This document shows, one piece after another, positions 33,690 to 34,001 of a DNA stretch of 34,001 nucleotides (the first letter of the stretch is position 1; the number at the start of each line of letters is the position of its first letter). The DNA is from Halocafeteria seosinensis (lineage: Eukaryota), in NCBI GenBank assembly GCA_001687465.1, contig LVLI01001149.1:1-34001 (forward strand). Direction: 5' to 3'. Position numbers and translations under genes: made by a program. The notes beneath the pieces were generated by a model, which was not told the DNA's origin, ran no database searches, and saw only the letters and a list, made by a program, of their open reading frames with translations.

Positions 33690-34001
33690 CTACTTGACGT
33701 CCACTCTAACGTCACTGCCGTTCACGTCGGAAGCTTCTTGATCTTCTTGTTCCTCCTGCTGCTGGCTCCTTTCCATAGCCTTGACAAAGTCTTGGCGTTC
33801 GATCCGCAAGATCGACACGTTTTTGGATTCGACGGTGACTGAGAAGTCCGTTTCATAGTTGTCTTCCATCAACGCACCTTGGCCAACGCAATCGAAAGGC
33901 TTCTTTATACTCTCTACATCATCCTTGCCTGAAGTGACTTTAATACTGCCTTCAAGAACAACAATTGCACCTGTTAATTTCTCGCCTTTCGACACGATGA
34001 C
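33690..34001 (-). CDS. C-terminal end of a cyclic-nucleotide-binding (cNMP) domain protein, partial (5' end outside window)
   Basis: KGEKLTGAIVVLEGSIKV...DCVGQGALM......SVTVES..VSILRIERQDF follows the cNMP-binding beta-roll pattern. Stop at 33690-33692. Confidence 0.65.
   Translation of the reverse strand, partial: VIVSKGEKLTGAIVVLEGSIKVTSGKDDVESIKKPFDCVGQGALMEDNYETDFSVTVESKNVSILRIERQDFVKAMERSQQQEEQEDQEASDVNGSDVRVDVK

Noticed and set aside
1..34001. A prokaryote-style operon or defence system, and an exact species assignment
   Set aside because: Genes are spliceosomal, mixed-strand and functionally unrelated. Taxonomy beyond 'probably a stramenopile-like protist' needs a database search.

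Overview
Gene-dense eukaryotic (protist) genomic DNA with short GT-AG introns of about 60-190 bp. A stramenopile-like organism is inferred from gene content and is not proven. Recognisable spliced genes: StrG-like dioxygenase, DUF938/METTL26, UDP-sugar pyrophosphorylase, MRNIP, an Sfi1-like repeat protein, RAD23, PhoD phosphatase, proteasome ATPase RPT1/PSMC2, probable BLOC1S1, a 5'-incomplete PPME1, and the C-terminus of a cNMP-binding protein. There are also two intronless, bacterial-looking secreted proteins (GLUG-repeat; DUF4185-like). Accessory DNA includes a 517-bp non-autonomous hAT element with an exact 8-bp target-site duplication, a kinase pseudogene, and a tandem paralog carrying an internal micro-inversion. 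The best novelty candidate is a pair of retroelement relics (1-495 and ~19423-20578) that share a 117-bp segment at ~91% identity. Together they suggest a CRE-like non-LTR retrotransposon with an unusual N-terminal archaeal-type RNase H plus chromodomain. That architecture is inferred from two fragments, and no reverse transcriptase is present in the window. All family calls come from motif recognition by eye; no searches were run.
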